Assembly: GCF_044324785.1 (NCBI RefSeq)
Contig: NZ_CP172127.1
DNA: 64,000 nucleotides
Source of the DNA: Escherichia coli
Lineage (GTDB): Bacteria > Pseudomonadota > Gammaproteobacteria > Enterobacterales > Enterobacteriaceae
Direction: 5' to 3' (one strand)
Made by a program: the position numbers and the translations under genes. Below are positions 42,544 to 54,425 of this stretch, piece by piece (position 1 is the first letter of the stretch; each line of letters begins with the position of its first letter). Below the pieces are notes generated by a model that had not been told where the DNA came from, did not search any database, and worked only from the letters and a program-made list of their open reading frames with translations.

Positions 42544-43790
42544 GCCCGCCTACGCCAGAGTAAAAACACGCCACAACAAAGAGAAAAATAGACGATATAA
42601 GTTGCCATATATGCCTGCGCCGCGCCCAGTGCACCATGCGCAGGGATTAGCCAGTGGGCAAATACCATCAATAAAGTGAACTGGCTGACTTCCGCCAGAA
42701 TATAAAACCGCAATGACGCTTTGGCGATCACCAGATAACCAAAGACATAAGCGCCCACTTTTAACACATCACCCACCAACTGCCAGGCAAAGAGATCGCG
42801 CATAGCGGTAAATTTATTCGACAACAGCAGCCAGATAGCAAAATCACGCAGCAACCAGACGGTAAAACTCGCCGCCGCCACTGCCGGTAAGACGAATTTC
42901 AGCGATTTAACCACTTCCCGGGTGATATCGCGCTTTTCCGTTAGCCGCGACAACGTGGGCAGCAAATATACGCTGAACGATGCCGTAATAAATTGCAGGT
43001 AGGCATCGGAAATACTACTCACCCCTTGCCAGATCCCCACTTCATCCCAGCTATACTGCGCCGCCAGCAGTTTACGCATCATGATGTAAGCAACGGGCAA
43101 GGTCACCGACGTAATCAACGCCATGAGCGTAAATTTGCTCAACTGCCCTGCCAGGCCGTTATCCCAGCTGGGTTTCAGATAGCTTAACGGGATTGCACCA
43201 CGCTTAATTAGCATGATGACGGCAGGAATCACCACCAGCGCGGGAATCAACGCCAGCCCCAGCAACGCCCCTTCATAACCGCCCAAACGGTAACTGACGT
43301 AGTACGCGAGAACGCCAATCAGGCTGCCGACAATCAGGGATAACGCATTACCTGCGGCATCGCGAAAGCCTTTCATCAACGCCAGTAACAGGTTGCCCCA
43401 GGCGATCCCCATTTGCACCAACGCCACTAAACGCACCAGCCCCTGATAGTCGGTATTACCAAACAATCCCTGGCTAATTGGGGCTGCCGCTAGCACAAAA
43501 ACCAGCGCCATCAGCGTAGAGAAGCCAAGTACCATCGCTGATGAAGTGCCTACCACGCGGCGCAGCTGCTGCGGATTATCATGGTACTGAGCAACGTATT
43601 TGGTTACGCCATTAAAGATGCCCGCCCCGGCAAGCACGCCGAGCACGGTAATCAACTGGCGGAAATTTGCCGCCAGCCCAAGCCCCGCAGGACCAAATGA
43701 CACCGCCAGCAACTTACCTACCAGTAACCCGGCACCAATCTTGACCAGTGTACTGGCCGCCGTCCACAAGGACGCTTTTGCCAACGACAT
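42540..43790 (-). CDS. wzxE: ECA lipid III flippase
   Basis: 416-aa polytopic membrane ORF; overlapping stop/start with neighbours. Confidence 0.88.
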   Translation of the reverse strand: MSLAKASLWTAASTLVKIGAGLLVGKLLAVSFGPAGLGLAANFRQLITVLGVLAGAGIFNGVTKYVAQYHDNPQQLRRVVGTSSAMVLGFSTLMALVFVLAAAPISQGLFGNTDYQGLVRLVALVQMGIAWGNLLLALMKGFRDAAGNALSLIVGSLIGVLAYYVSYRLGGYEGALLGLALIPALVVIPAVIMLIKRGAIPLSYLKPSWDNGLAGQLSKFTLMALITSVTLPVAYIMMRKLLAAQYSWDEVGIWQGVSSISDAYLQFITASFSVYLLPTLSRLTEKRDITREVVKSLKFVLPAVAAASFTVWLLRDFAIWLLLSNKFTAMRDLFAWQLVGDVLKVGAYVFGYLVIAKASLRFYILAEVSQFTLLMVFAHWLIPAHGALGAAQAYMATYIVYFSLCCGVFLLWRRRA

Positions 43791-43791
43791 A

Positions 43792-44922
43792 TCAGGAGAA
43801 GTAGTTCAACAAGGTCGCAATTACCGTGCGCTGATTGACGGGCGACAGGTTGTAGAACAACGGCAGGCGCAGCAGGCGCTCGCTCTCTTTGGTGGTGTAG
43901 CGATCTTCACCGTGGAACTCACCAAAGCGTTCCCCCGCAGGGCAACCGTGCAGCGGAATGTAATGGAACACCGCCATGATTTCCGCTTCTTTCAGAAAGT
44001 TAATCAACGCGCTCCGGTCATCAATATCCCGCAGTTTAATGTAGAACATATGCGCGTTCTGCACGCAGCCATCGGGAATCGACGGCAGCTCGATACGCCC
44101 GGCTTTCGCCAGAGGTGCTAACGCATCGTAGTAGTTTTGCCACAGCGCCAGACGTTGCTGATTGATACGATCCGCTGCTTCCAGTTGCGCCCACAGGTAC
44201 GCAGCTTGCAGATCGGACATCAAATAGCTGGAGCCGATATCGCGCCAGGTATATTTATCGACCTGACCACGGAAGAACTGGCTGCGGTTAGTGCCTTTTT
44301 CACGGATGATCTCGGCGCGTTCGATCAACGCTTTATCGTTAATCAGCGTCGCACCGCCTTCACCGCCCGCCGTGTAGTTTTTGGTTTCATGGAAGCTAAA
44401 GCAGCCAATATGACCAATGGTTCCCAGTGCACGCCCTTTGTAAGTGGACATCACGCCCTGAGCGGCATCTTCCACCACAAACAGATTATGCTTTTTCGCC
44501 AACGCCATAATGGTGTCCATTTCGCAGGCCACACCCGCGTAATGGACCGGTACGATAACGCGCGTTTTGTCGGTGATCGCTGCTTCAATCAACGTTTCGT
44601 CGATGTTCATGGTGTCCGGGCGAACATCCACAAAAACGATTTTCGCGCCACGCAGCACAAAGGCATTGGCGGTGGAGACAAAGGTGTAGCTCGGCATGAT
44701 CACTTCATCGCCAGGCTGGATATCGAGCAGCAGCGCCGCCATCTCCAGCGAAGCGGTGCAGGATGGCGTCAGTAACACTTTGGCGCTGCCAAAACGTTGC
44801 TCCAGCCACTGCTGGCAGCGACGGGTAAAACCGCCATCGCCGCACAGTTTGCCGCTACCCATTGCCGACTGCATATAGTCGAGTTCGGTTCCCACCACCG
44901 GCGGTGCGTTAAATGGAATCAT
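43792..44922 (-). CDS. wecE: dTDP-4-amino-4,6-dideoxygalactose transaminase (DegT/AHBA family, PLP-dependent)
   Basis: 376-aa ORF MIPFNAPPVVGTELDYMQSAMGSGKLCGDGGFTRRCQQWLEQRFG... Confidence 0.9.
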   Translation of the reverse strand: MIPFNAPPVVGTELDYMQSAMGSGKLCGDGGFTRRCQQWLEQRFGSAKVLLTPSCTASLEMAALLLDIQPGDEVIMPSYTFVSTANAFVLRGAKIVFVDVRPDTMNIDETLIEAAITDKTRVIVPVHYAGVACEMDTIMALAKKHNLFVVEDAAQGVMSTYKGRALGTIGHIGCFSFHETKNYTAGGEGGATLINDKALIERAEIIREKGTNRSQFFRGQVDKYTWRDIGSSYLMSDLQAAYLWAQLEAADRINQQRLALWQNYYDALAPLAKAGRIELPSIPDGCVQNAHMFYIKLRDIDDRSALINFLKEAEIMAVFHYIPLHGCPAGERFGEFHGEDRYTTKESERLLRLPLFYNLSPVNQRTVIATLLNYFS

Positions 44923-44926
44923 GTGA

Positions 44927-45601
44927 TCACCTGTATAACCAGTACGCGGTGCTTTCTACATTCGCACCACTTTGTATGTATCGTTTTAGCGCGGCGGTGT
45001 TGCCCATTTGGGTCGCCACCCGCAAAGTTGTTTTACCGCGAGCATACGCCCAGTTTAGCGCCGTTTGCATCAGCTCAGCACCTGCACCTCGTCCAGCCAG
45101 CAGGCCAATTCGCGCATCTGTCGCATTGAGTTCCCGTAAAGAGACATAGCCGCGAATATCGCCGGACGCCGCACGTAAAATCAGACATTGATGATCAAAG
45201 GTGCCGCGCACGGCATTTTCAATCCACTGTGCATAAAAGCGTCCGCTGGCGTCAGGCGCATACCACGGCGCACGAAAACGGCTTTGCGCAAATGCGGCGC
45301 TGGCTAACTGACGTAATGCGGGAATATCGGTCTCTTGTGCCACTACAGCACCACTATCACTGACATTGTTCACGGGTAGCGCCAAATCAACTTCACCTTC
45401 TACCAGGGAGAATCCCAGCTGTTGCAGGGCATCCAGTTCACCCGTATTTGATGCCGCAATTTTGGCCTGTACCCGTGACCACGGCGCTAAGGTGTCTGAC
45501 GTCAGGAGCGGTGCTTCAGGCGTGATGCGCACGATGGCGCTGTTAACACCAAAGAAGGCGTTTTCCCAGGTTAGTGGCTCAATACTGGCGCGGACGGGCA
45601 C
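44927..45601 (-). CDS. wecD: dTDP-fucosamine acetyltransferase (GNAT)
   Basis: 224-aa ORF; overlaps the 3' end of rffH by 23 nt; the start codon is uncertain and shorter forms are possible. Confidence 0.8.
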   Translation of the reverse strand: MPVRASIEPLTWENAFFGVNSAIVRITPEAPLLTSDTLAPWSRVQAKIAASNTGELDALQQLGFSLVEGEVDLALPVNNVSDSGAVVAQETDIPALRQLASAAFAQSRFRAPWYAPDASGRFYAQWIENAVRGTFDHQCLILRAASGDIRGYVSLRELNATDARIGLLAGRGAGAELMQTALNWAYARGKTTLRVATQMGNTAALKRYIQSGANVESTAYWLYR

Positions 45602-46460
45602 GAAGTAACTCCAGCAGATATTGGCCGTAGCCGGTTTTCGCCAGCGAGCTGGCGGCGCGCTTCACGCCTTCGTCATCAAGCCAGCCGTTACGCCAGGCGA
45701 TCTCTTCCAGGCAGGCAATCTTAAAGCCCTGGCGTTTTTCTACCGTCTGTACAAAGGTACTGGCTTCAATCAGGCTGTCGTGAGTACCGGTGTCCAGCCA
45801 GGCAAATCCGCGCCCGAGCAGTTCAACGGTCAGGTTACCCGCCTCGAGGTACATCTGGTTGATGGAGGTAATCTCCAGTTCACCACGCTCCGACGGCTTC
45901 ACCTGCTTTGCGTACTCCACGACTTTACTGTCGTAGAAATAAAGTCCGGTCACCGCCCAGTTTGACTTCGGCTGTTTTGGCTTTTCTTCCAGCGAGATAG
46001 CGCGGAAATTGTCGTCAAACTCCACGACGCCAAAGCGTTCCGGATCCATCACCTGATAGCCAAATACCGTCGCGCCTTGCGTGCGCGCCGCAACATGACG
46101 CAACTTCGGACTGAAGCCCTGTCCGAAGAAGATGTTATCGCCCAGCACCAGACAAGAAGGTTCACCGTTGAGGAAGGTTTCACCGATGATAAAGGCCTGC
46201 GCCAGACCGTCCGGACTGGGCTGTTCGGCATATTCCAGCTGGATACCGAACTCACTACCATCGCCCAGCAGGCGCTGGAAATAACCTTTATCTTCCGGCG
46301 TAGTGATGATGAGAATTTTGCGGATACCGGCCAGCATCAGCACCGACAGCGGATAGTAAATCATTGGCTTATCGTAAATCGGCAACAGTTGCTTCGATAC
46401 GCCGCGCGTAATCGGATGCAATCGGGTACCGGAACCGCCTGCCAGGATAATACCTTTCAT
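45579..46460 (-). CDS. rffH: Glucose-1-phosphate thymidylyltransferase
   Basis: 293-aa [49 protein letters not shown]... Confidence 0.92.
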   Translation of the reverse strand: MKGIILAGGSGTRLHPITRGVSKQLLPIYDKPMIYYPLSVLMLAGIRKILIITTPEDKGYFQRLLGDGSEFGIQLEYAEQPSPDGLAQAFIIGETFLNGEPSCLVLGDNIFFGQGFSPKLRHVAARTQGATVFGYQVMDPERFGVVEFDDNFRAISLEEKPKQPKSNWAVTGLYFYDSKVVEYAKQVKPSERGELEITSINQMYLEAGNLTVELLGRGFAWLDTGTHDSLIEASTFVQTVEKRQGFKIACLEEIAWRNGWLDDEGVKRAASSLAKTGYGQYLLELLRARPRQY

Positions 46461-46478
46461 GTTTGCCTCCGCTGAAAA

Positions 46479-47546
46479 TTAGCCTTTCAGACCTAAACGC
46501 TCGCCCTGATAGCTACCGTCCTGCACCTGCTTCCACCAGCTTTCATTAGCCAGATACCACTGCACCGTTTTACGCATTCCACTTTCAAAGGTTTCCTGCG
46601 GCAGCCAGCCAAGTTCACGGGCAATTTTCGAAGCATCAATGGCATAACGCAGATCATGCCCCGGACGGTCAGCGACAAAGGTGATCAGGTCACGATAGTG
46701 CGCCACGCCGTGCGGCTTGTTCGGGGCCAGTTCTTCCAGCAACTCGCAAATGGTTTCCACAACATCGAGATTCTTACGCTCGTTGTGACCACCAATATTA
46801 TAGGTTTCACCGACTTTCCCGGTGGTCGCCACGCAATACAGCGCGCGGGCGTGATCTTCCACATACAGCCAGTCACGGATTTGCTGCCCGTTGCCATATA
46901 CCGGCAGCGGTTTACCCGCCAGCGCGTTGAGGATCATCAGCGGGATCAGTTTTTCCGGAAAGTGGTAAGGACCGTAGTTATTCGAGCAGTTGGTGATAAG
47001 CGTCGGCAGACCATAGGTCCGCAGCCAGGCGCGTACCAGATGGTCGCTGCTGGCTTTTGAAGCGGAATAAGGGCTGCTCGGCGCATACGGCGTGGTTTCG
47101 GTGAAGAAATCATCCGTCGAGTGCAGGTCACCATATACTTCGTCGGTGGAAATATGATGAAAACGGAACGCTGATTTTTTATCTTCCGTCAGCGCATTCC
47201 AGTAAGTCCGCGCCGCTTCAAGCAATGTATAAGTCCCGACAATGTTGGTTTCAATAAACGCTGCCGGGCCGTCAATAGAACGGTCAACATGGCTTTCGGC
47301 TGCCAGATGCATGACACAGTCTGGCTGATGCTCAGTGAATACGCGCGCCAGTTCTGCCCGATCGCAGATATCAACTTTCTCAAAGGCAAAGCGCTCGCTT
47401 TGCGCGACCGGTGCCAGCGACATCAGATTTCCGGCGTAGGTCAGCTTATCGACCACTATCACCGCGTCGCTCGTTTCGTTGATGATATAACGCACCAGCG
47501 CTGAGCCAATAAACCCGGCACCACCTGTTATCAGAATCTTTCTCAT
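46479..47546 (-). CDS. rffG: dTDP-glucose 4,6-dehydratase
   Basis: 355-aa [25 protein letters not shown]... with Rossmann motif and YxxxK. Confidence 0.92.
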   Translation of the reverse strand: MRKILITGGAGFIGSALVRYIINETSDAVIVVDKLTYAGNLMSLAPVAQSERFAFEKVDICDRAELARVFTEHQPDCVMHLAAESHVDRSIDGPAAFIETNIVGTYTLLEAARTYWNALTEDKKSAFRFHHISTDEVYGDLHSTDDFFTETTPYAPSSPYSASKASSDHLVRAWLRTYGLPTLITNCSNNYGPYHFPEKLIPLMILNALAGKPLPVYGNGQQIRDWLYVEDHARALYCVATTGKVGETYNIGGHNERKNLDVVETICELLEELAPNKPHGVAHYRDLITFVADRPGHDLRYAIDASKIARELGWLPQETFESGMRKTVQWYLANESWWKQVQDGSYQGERLGLKG

Positions 47547-48808
47547 CAGCGCCAGACTCCTTTGGCATCGACGACATACTGCTGATGGACATTGTCGCCA
47601 TTGATAACTTTGAACTGACTATGATCGACCAGCATCACCAGCACGTCTGCCGTTGCCAGCGCCTCGTCAAGCTGCGCCAGAGTACAAAGCCCAGTCAGTT
47701 TCTTCGGCAACTGGTGGATGTTAGGCTCAACAACCAGCGTTTCGCCGCTGTGCCACTGGGCGATCAGTTCAGCGATTTCCATCGCCGGGCTTTCGCGCAG
47801 GTCATCAATATTCGGTTTAAACGCCAGACCAAAGCAGGCGATTTTCAGTTCGCTGGCGCGTTTATCGGTAGCCGCCAGGCAGTCGGCAACCGCCGCTTTC
47901 ACCTGATCGATAACCCAGAACGGTTTGTGATCGTTCACTTCGCGCGCGGTACGGATAAGCCGCGCCTGCTGGGGGTTCTGTGCCACGATAAACCACGGAT
48001 CAACAGCGATGCAGTGGCCGCCCACGCCAGGGCCAGGCTGAAGAATATTGACGCGAGGGTGACGATTCGCCAGGCGAATCAGTTCCCAGACGTTAATTCC
48101 CTGATCGGCACAAATCAGCGACAATTCATTAGCAAAAGCGATATTCACATCGCGGAAGCTGTTTTCGGTGAGCTTACACATTTCCGCCGTCCGCGAGTTA
48201 GTGACGACACACTCACCTTCGAGGAAAATTTTGTACAGTTCGCTGGCGCGGGCCGAACAAACCGGCGTCATACCACCAATCACGCGATCGTTTTTAATCA
48301 GCTCGACCATAACCTGGCCCGGTAACACGCGTTCCGGGCAGTAAGCAATGTTGACGTCCGCCTGCTCGCCCACCTGCTGTGGGAAAGTGAGATCCGGACG
48401 CATCTCTGCTAACCATTCTGCCATCTTCTCGGTTGACCCCACCGGCGAGGTGGATTCAAGGATCACCAGCGCGCCTTTTTTCAGCACTGGCGCAATGGAG
48501 CGAGCAGCCGATTCAACGTAGGTCATATCTGGCTCATGATCGCCTTTAAACGGCGTGGGTACAGCAATCAGCCAGGCATCCGCTTCAACTGGCGTCGTGC
48601 TCGCTCGTAAAAAACCGCCTTCTACGGCAGTTTTTACTACGCTCGCCAAATCAGGTTCGACGATATGGATTTCGCCACGATTGATGGTATCAACCGCATG
48701 TTGGTTGATATCGACACCAATCACCTGTTTTTGCCGTGAGGCAAACGCTGCTGCTGTAGGCAGCCCGATGTAACCCAGTCCGATAACAGAAATGGTCGCA
48801 AAACTCAT
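47546..48808 (-). CDS. wecC: UDP-N-acetyl-D-mannosamine dehydrogenase
   Basis: 420-aa [36 protein letters not shown]... Confidence 0.92.
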   Translation of the reverse strand: MSFATISVIGLGYIGLPTAAAFASRQKQVIGVDINQHAVDTINRGEIHIVEPDLASVVKTAVEGGFLRASTTPVEADAWLIAVPTPFKGDHEPDMTYVESAARSIAPVLKKGALVILESTSPVGSTEKMAEWLAEMRPDLTFPQQVGEQADVNIAYCPERVLPGQVMVELIKNDRVIGGMTPVCSARASELYKIFLEGECVVTNSRTAEMCKLTENSFRDVNIAFANELSLICADQGINVWELIRLANRHPRVNILQPGPGVGGHCIAVDPWFIVAQNPQQARLIRTAREVNDHKPFWVIDQVKAAVADCLAATDKRASELKIACFGLAFKPNIDDLRESPAMEIAELIAQWHSGETLVVEPNIHQLPKKLTGLCTLAQLDEALATADVLVMLVDHSQFKVINGDNVHQQYVVDAKGVWR

Positions 48809-49935
48809 AGTGATATCCGATTATTTTTTAACGCTTCCAGAATGCGAGAGCATGCCTGACCATCACCATACGGGTTATGGGCGCGGCTCATAGTTTGATA
48901 TTCGTTTTCGTCTTTTAAAAGACGCGTCACTTCCTCGACAATTCGCTGCTTATCCGTGCCTACCAGACGCACCGTACCCGCCGTCACCGCTTCCGGACGC
49001 TCAGTGGTATCGCGCATCACCAGCACCGGTTTCCCCAGCGAAGGCGCTTCTTCCTGAATGCCGCCTGAGTCGGTCAAAATCAGCCAGGCGTGGTTCATCA
49101 GCCAGACAAACGGTAAATACTCCTGGGGATCGATCAGAATGACATTTTTCACATGCCCCAGAATGCGATTGACCGGCTCTCTGACGTTCGGGTTGAGATG
49201 CACCGGATAGACAATCTGGATGTCCTGGTGCGTGGTGGCGATGTCTGCCAGCGCATGGCAGATTTCTTCAAAGCCACGACCGAAGCTCTCACGCCTGTGA
49301 CCGGTCACCAGAATCATTTTTTTATTGGGGTCGATAAACGGGTAATTTGCCGCCAGTTCTGAACGCAGCGTATCGCTGCTCATCACCTGGTCACGCACCC
49401 ATAACAGTGCATCAATAACTGTATTACCGGTAATGAAGATTCGGCTGTCAGCAACATTTTCACGCAGCAAGTTTTGCCGGGAAGTTTCGGTTGGAGAGAA
49501 GTGATACATCGCCAGATGCCCGGTCAATGTACGGTTAGCCTCTTCCGGCCACGGCGAATAGAGATCGCCCGTGCGCAGACCAGCCTCAACGTGACCAACA
49601 GGAATACGCTGATAAAACGCCGCCAGGCTGGTTGCCAGCGTTGTAGTAGTATCGCCGTGAACCAGCACGACGTCTGGTTTGAACTCGGCAAGAATTGGTT
49701 TTAGCCCTTCCAGAATCCGACAGGTTATCTCTGTCAGGCCCTGTCCTGGCTGCATTATGTTGAGATCGTAGTCAGGTACAATGGAAAAGAGTTTCAGCAC
49801 CTGATCGAGCATCTCCCGATGCTGCGCAGTGACGCAAACTTTAGCCTCAAAAAAAGGATCTTTTGCCAACGCATGCACCAACGGAGCCATCTTGATGGCT
49901 TCCGGGCGCGTACCAAATACAGTCAGTACTTTCAC
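48805..49935 (-). CDS. wecB: UDP-N-acetylglucosamine 2-epimerase
   Basis: Start placed at a GTG codon (plus-strand 'cac' 49933..49935) giving [26 protein letters not shown]... (376 aa); the ORF has 14 additional upstream in-frame codons. Confidence 0.9.
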   Translation of the reverse strand: MKVLTVFGTRPEAIKMAPLVHALAKDPFFEAKVCVTAQHREMLDQVLKLFSIVPDYDLNIMQPGQGLTEITCRILEGLKPILAEFKPDVVLVHGDTTTTLATSLAAFYQRIPVGHVEAGLRTGDLYSPWPEEANRTLTGHLAMYHFSPTETSRQNLLRENVADSRIFITGNTVIDALLWVRDQVMSSDTLRSELAANYPFIDPNKKMILVTGHRRESFGRGFEEICHALADIATTHQDIQIVYPVHLNPNVREPVNRILGHVKNVILIDPQEYLPFVWLMNHAWLILTDSGGIQEEAPSLGKPVLVMRDTTERPEAVTAGTVRLVGTDKQRIVEEVTRLLKDENEYQTMSRAHNPYGDGQACSRILEALKNNRISL

Positions 49936-49990
49936 ATCGATTCTCTTCGAATAAGCGGCGAGCGCCTTTGCGCTCACCGCAGCAGTGTTG

Positions 49991-51040
49991 CTATTTCGAG
50001 CAACGGCGGGTTAATGCGACACCAGCCCCGGTCAGCCCCCCGACAATGCCCCACATAATCATCAGGAAGGCACGACGTGGGCTATCGCGTTTTACCGGTT
50101 CTTCCGGCGTACGCAAATAGCGATAGGTCTGAAAACGCGGATCCAGGGTTGGACCAACATTCAGGGTGTTTAACATGGCCCGATTCTGATCATAGTCGAG
50201 ATCAAAGGCCGGACCGACGGCCTGTAAATTTTCCAGTCGAGCCTGGAGCATTGGACGCCCAAGCAGGAACATTTCTGAATCAGGCAATTCCTCGGCAGGC
50301 ACATCTGTCGCACTGCGCGAAATATTATGCTGCTCTGCAATTTTCAGCGCCTGTTCAATACTGTTCATCCGGCGGTCGTAGATGGCTTTCGCCACCTCTT
50401 CCTGACGCTTCACCTGTGCTTTCATCTGGATGGTGCGCGCCGCCCATGCACCTTTCAGCTCATCATTCAGATGGCTGGCTGCACGCTGGCTGGCAAAAGC
50501 AACATACTGACGTAACAGGTTATTAGCGTCAGGCGCGGTTTCGGCAATCAGCTTCACGCTGTCATTGACCGCGCGGGTAAAGTCTCCGGGGATAAACTGG
50601 ATGTTATTAATCATTTCATCCAGCAACGCCGCATCGGCTTTGCTGTTGCCCACCATCCGCTGCTTGTAATAGTCGGTTTGCAGCCAGAACTCTCTGCGGG
50701 TATCCCACGAGGCCAGTTGCATAACAAACTCTTTATAGGCTTCGTCCATGACCGATGGTTGGTCGGCAGAAGCCATGTTTGAACGGACATCCAGGTTACG
50801 CAAAAATTGCTGCTGTGAGTAATATCCCCCCAGCATATTCACCGTTGGACGATCGGTAATCGCCGTCGAGCTCCACTCCTGACGAGCAAAAAAAGTATAC
50901 GCCAGCGCGATTAACGCAAACGCCAGTCCCATGCCAATAATCCACAGCTTCCCAGCCCACAAGGTACGAAACAACCCACGAATATCCAGTTCATTTTCAG
51001 CGTCTTCGGCCGGTTTCCCAGGCATTGGTTGTGTCATCAC
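49991..51040 (-). CDS. wzzE: ECA polysaccharide chain-length modulation protein
   Basis: 349-aa ORF with N- and C-terminal transmembrane segments flanking a periplasmic coiled-coil domain. Confidence 0.9.
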   Translation of the reverse strand: MMTQPMPGKPAEDAENELDIRGLFRTLWAGKLWIIGMGLAFALIALAYTFFARQEWSSTAITDRPTVNMLGGYYSQQQFLRNLDVRSNMASADQPSVMDEAYKEFVMQLASWDTRREFWLQTDYYKQRMVGNSKADAALLDEMINNIQFIPGDFTRAVNDSVKLIAETAPDANNLLRQYVAFASQRAASHLNDELKGAWAARTIQMKAQVKRQEEVAKAIYDRRMNSIEQALKIAEQHNISRSATDVPAEELPDSEMFLLGRPMLQARLENLQAVGPAFDLDYDQNRAMLNTLNVGPTLDPRFQTYRYLRTPEEPVKRDSPRRAFLMIMWGIVGGLTGAGVALTRRCSK

Positions 51041-51048
51041 ATCCTCAT

Positions 51049-52152
51049 TTATTTGGTTAAATTGGGGCTGCCACCACGATTTCTACGCAGTCTGCGTTTT
51101 ATGCGCTTAATAAAGCGAGCAACTTTCCAGGCACGCTTAATGCAATATCCATAGAGGAAGAATGCTAGCAAAAAGAGCACCAGCATGACCCACTCCGGGA
51201 CAAAATGAGAGTATTCTGCCAGCACGCCAATAGAGGCAAGCAGTGCTGCGGCAAGGGTAATCAGCACAAATGCCTGGCGGGAAGTAAACCCGGCACGCAT
51301 GATCAAATGGTGAATATGCTGACGGTCAGGAGAGAACGGGCTCATGCCTTTACGCAGGCGACGGTACATAATCGCCACCATATCCATTAGCGGAATGGCG
51401 ATAATCCATAATGCGGTAACCGGGCTTATTGGGTGCGTTTTTCCCTGAGTCGTTTCCAGCAGGATCCAGATAACGGTAAAACCAATCAGCGTACTACCCG
51501 CATCACCCATGAAGACTTTGTAGCGGCGCCCGAGGATACCAAGGTTGAGCATGATATAGGGCAGGATGGCGGCGATCATCGCAAAGCACCAGATTGCGAG
51601 GCTGGTTTGCCCGTCGAACCACAAAATCATACCGATTGCTGCAAACGAGACGCAGGACAGCCCACCCAGCAAGCCATCAATGCCATCGACCATGTTGAAT
51701 GCATTAATGGCCGCCCAGACGGCAAATAGCGTCAGGAAGTAGCCAAACGGTCCGAGCACCATCTCCCAGGAGCCAAAGATATAACCCAGGCTACTGAGAT
51801 ACAGTTTGCCGAACACCATCATAACAATGCCAACAGCGGCCTGTATGGTGGCACGGATTTTTACGCTGATATCAAAACGGTCATCCAGCGCGCCAATGAA
51901 AACAAGCACACCGGCACAAGCGAGATAGAGAGATGCATGCGGAATATAGTAATCGACGATTCCGAACGTGAAGCAAATCCCTGCGTAAACCGAAATCCCC
52001 CCAACGAGAGGTATCAATCCCTGGTGACGTTTGCGGAAGTTTGGTTTATCCACTAAACCGACTTTTTTTGCCACCTTACGGGCAAAAAACAGAAACAGTG
52101 TCGTGAATAAAAAAATACTGATGAGATCAGTACTCACTGTCAGTAAATTCAC
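51049..52152 (-). CDS. wecA: UDP-GlcNAc:undecaprenyl-phosphate GlcNAc-1-phosphate transferase
   Basis: 367-aa polytopic membrane ORF MNLLTVSTDLISIFLFTTLFLFFARKVAKKVGLVDKPNFRKRH... Confidence 0.92.
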   Translation of the reverse strand: MNLLTVSTDLISIFLFTTLFLFFARKVAKKVGLVDKPNFRKRHQGLIPLVGGISVYAGICFTFGIVDYYIPHASLYLACAGVLVFIGALDDRFDISVKIRATIQAAVGIVMMVFGKLYLSSLGYIFGSWEMVLGPFGYFLTLFAVWAAINAFNMVDGIDGLLGGLSCVSFAAIGMILWFDGQTSLAIWCFAMIAAILPYIMLNLGILGRRYKVFMGDAGSTLIGFTVIWILLETTQGKTHPISPVTALWIIAIPLMDMVAIMYRRLRKGMSPFSPDRQHIHHLIMRAGFTSRQAFVLITLAAALLASIGVLAEYSHFVPEWVMLVLFLLAFFLYGYCIKRAWKVARFIKRIKRRLRRNRGGSPNLTK

Positions 52153-52330
52153 AATGCATGCTCTCAGAGAAAAATATTAGCAGAAGTATAACCACGAAGG
52201 CCTTTATTCAGAAGGGAAACTCTGCTCTGAACCCACCAACCTTGTGCAAAAAACAACCACGTGATTCGTGTTATGCGCAATAAACAAACATAACTCGTAT
52301 TTGTTATAACGCCGTTAAGATTACAGATAT

Positions 52331-52365
52331 AAAAACAAAACGCCACGTAAATACGTGGCGTTTTT
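52331..52365 (-). terminator. Intrinsic terminator downstream of rho
   Basis: Hairpin 'cgccacgta aata cgtggcg' flanked by A/T runs on both sides (bidirectional). Confidence 0.7.
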
Positions 52366-52379
52366 GGCATAAAACAAAT

Positions 52380-53639
52380 TTATGAGCGTTTCATCATCTC
52401 GAAGAAATCGTCATTGGTCTTGGTCATTGCCAGTTTATTAATGAGGAATTCCATTGCATCGATTTCGCCCATCGGGTGAATGATTTTGCGCAGGATCCAC
52501 ATTTTCTGCAGTTCTTCCTGAGTAGTGAGCAGCTCTTCTTTACGGGTACCGGAACGGTTGTAGTCGATTGCCGGGAAGACGCGTTTTTCAGCGATCTTAC
52601 GAGAGAGGTGCAGTTCCATGTTGCCTGTACCTTTAAACTCTTCGTAGATAACTTCGTCCATCTTGGAACCGGTATCGATAAGCGCGGTAGCGATGATGGT
52701 CAGGCTGCCGCCCTCTTCCACGTTACGCGCCGCACCGAAGAAGCGTTTCGGACGATGCAGGGCGTTGGCATCCACACCACCGGTCAGCACTTTACCTGAC
52801 GCCGGAACAACGGTGTTGTAAGCGCGCGCCAGACGAGTGATGGAGTCGAGCAGAATGATAACGTCTTTCTTGTGCTCAACCAGGCGTTTCGCCTTCTCGA
52901 TCACCATTTCCGCAACCTGAACGTGGCGAGATGCGGGTTCGTCAAAGGTAGAAGCAACAACTTCACCTTTTACCAGTCGCTGCATCTCGGTTACTTCTTC
53001 TGGACGTTCGTCGATCAGCAGAACCATCAGCACACAATCCGGGTGGTTGTAAGCAATGCTCTGAGCAATGTTCTGCAGCAGCATGGTTTTACCGGCTTTC
53101 GGCGGTGCCACAATCAGACCACGCTGACCACGACCGATAGGTGATGCCAGATCCAGTACGCGAGCGGTTAAATCTTCAGTAGAACCGTTACCACGTTCCA
53201 TACGCAGACGAGAGTTTGCGTGCAGCGGGGTTAAGTTCTCAAAGAGGATTTTGTTGCGGGCGTTTTCAGGTTTGTCGAAGTTAACTTCGTTAACTTTCAG
53301 CAGCGCAAAATAGCGTTCACCTTCTTTCGGCGGGCGAATCTTACCAGAGATGGTATCACCAGTGCGGAGGTTGAAACGGCGGATTTGGCTAGGGGAAACG
53401 TAGATGTCATCAGGACCGGCGAGGTAGGAGCTGTCTGCGGAACGGAGGAAACCAAATCCATCCTGCAATATCTCCAGTACGCCATCACCAAAGATATCTT
53501 CGCCACTCTTTGCGTGCTGCTTCAGGATGGCAAAAATAATGTCCTGCTTACGCATACGAGCCAGGTTTTCCAGCCCCATATTTTCGCCGAGAGTGATCAG
53601 CTCAGAAACCGGCGTATTCTTTAATTCGGTAAGATTCAT
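52380..53639 (-). CDS. rho: Transcription termination factor Rho
   Basis: The ORF extends to 53711, but the start is placed at [57 protein letters not shown]... (419 aa). Confidence 0.95.
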
Positions 53640-53723
53640 AGTGGTGTGAGTTCTTAAACTTGGGGTAAATCTCGAACTTAATGTTGTGAATGGTATGGCA
53701 GGATCATCCATGCCTGTTTACGG

Positions 53724-53825
53724 TCATCGACTCATGTCTTTTCGCTGTCTGGTCACAGGAGAGTACGCAGAACTGAAACGACAAGACGGATTGAGTGACG
53801 AGCCAGAAATCTGTTCACTTCGCAT
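53724..53825 (-). CDS. rhoL: rho operon leader peptide
   Basis: Minus strand encodes MRSEQISGSSLNPSCRFSSAYSPVTRQRKDMSR (33 aa) in the rho 5' leader. Confidence 0.8.
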   Translation of the reverse strand: MRSEQISGSSLNPSCRFSSAYSPVTRQRKDMSR

Positions 53826-53965
53826 TTAAGATAAAACGGGAAGCGTTGGAAATTACAAGATTCAAACTTAATAAGGTATGTTTAATACGAAGTCAACACT
53901 AAGTTAGCATGACTCACGCCGGGCGTCCAGTTTTTAGCGACGGGGCACCCGAACATGAAATTCCC

Positions 53966-54295
53966 TTACGCCAGGTTAGCGTCGAGGAACTCTTTCAACT
54001 GACCTTTAGACAGTGCGCCCACTTTGGTTGCCGCCACTTCACCGTTTTTGAACAGCAGCAGAGTCGGGATACCACGGATACCATATTTCGGCGCAGTGCC
54101 AGGGTTTTGATCGATGTTCAGTTTTGCAACGGTCAGTTTGCCCTGATATTCGTCAGCGATTTCATCCAGAATCGGGGCGATCATTTTGCACGGACCGCAC
54201 CACTCTGCCCAGAAATCGACGAGGATCGCCCCGTCCGCTTTGAGTACATCCGTGTCAAAACTGTCGTCAGTCAGGTGAATAATTTTATCGCTCAT
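53966..54295 (-). CDS. trxA: Thioredoxin 1
   Basis: Start placed at [50 protein letters not shown]... (109 aa, WCGPC active site); the ORF extends upstream to 54400. Confidence 0.95.
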
Positions 54296-54425
54296 ATATA
54301 ACTCCACAGGAATAAGCCTGGCGTGTTGGTTTCGTTGTTGGTGTAACATTAACCAACTTAAGGTTGACTTTATTTCACCGGATACGCTTTCGTAAAGCAA
54401 TAGTAAGCTGATATTCTACCACACT

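Noticed and set aside
47585-48325. 246-aa + strand ORF
   Set aside because: Antisense to wecC.
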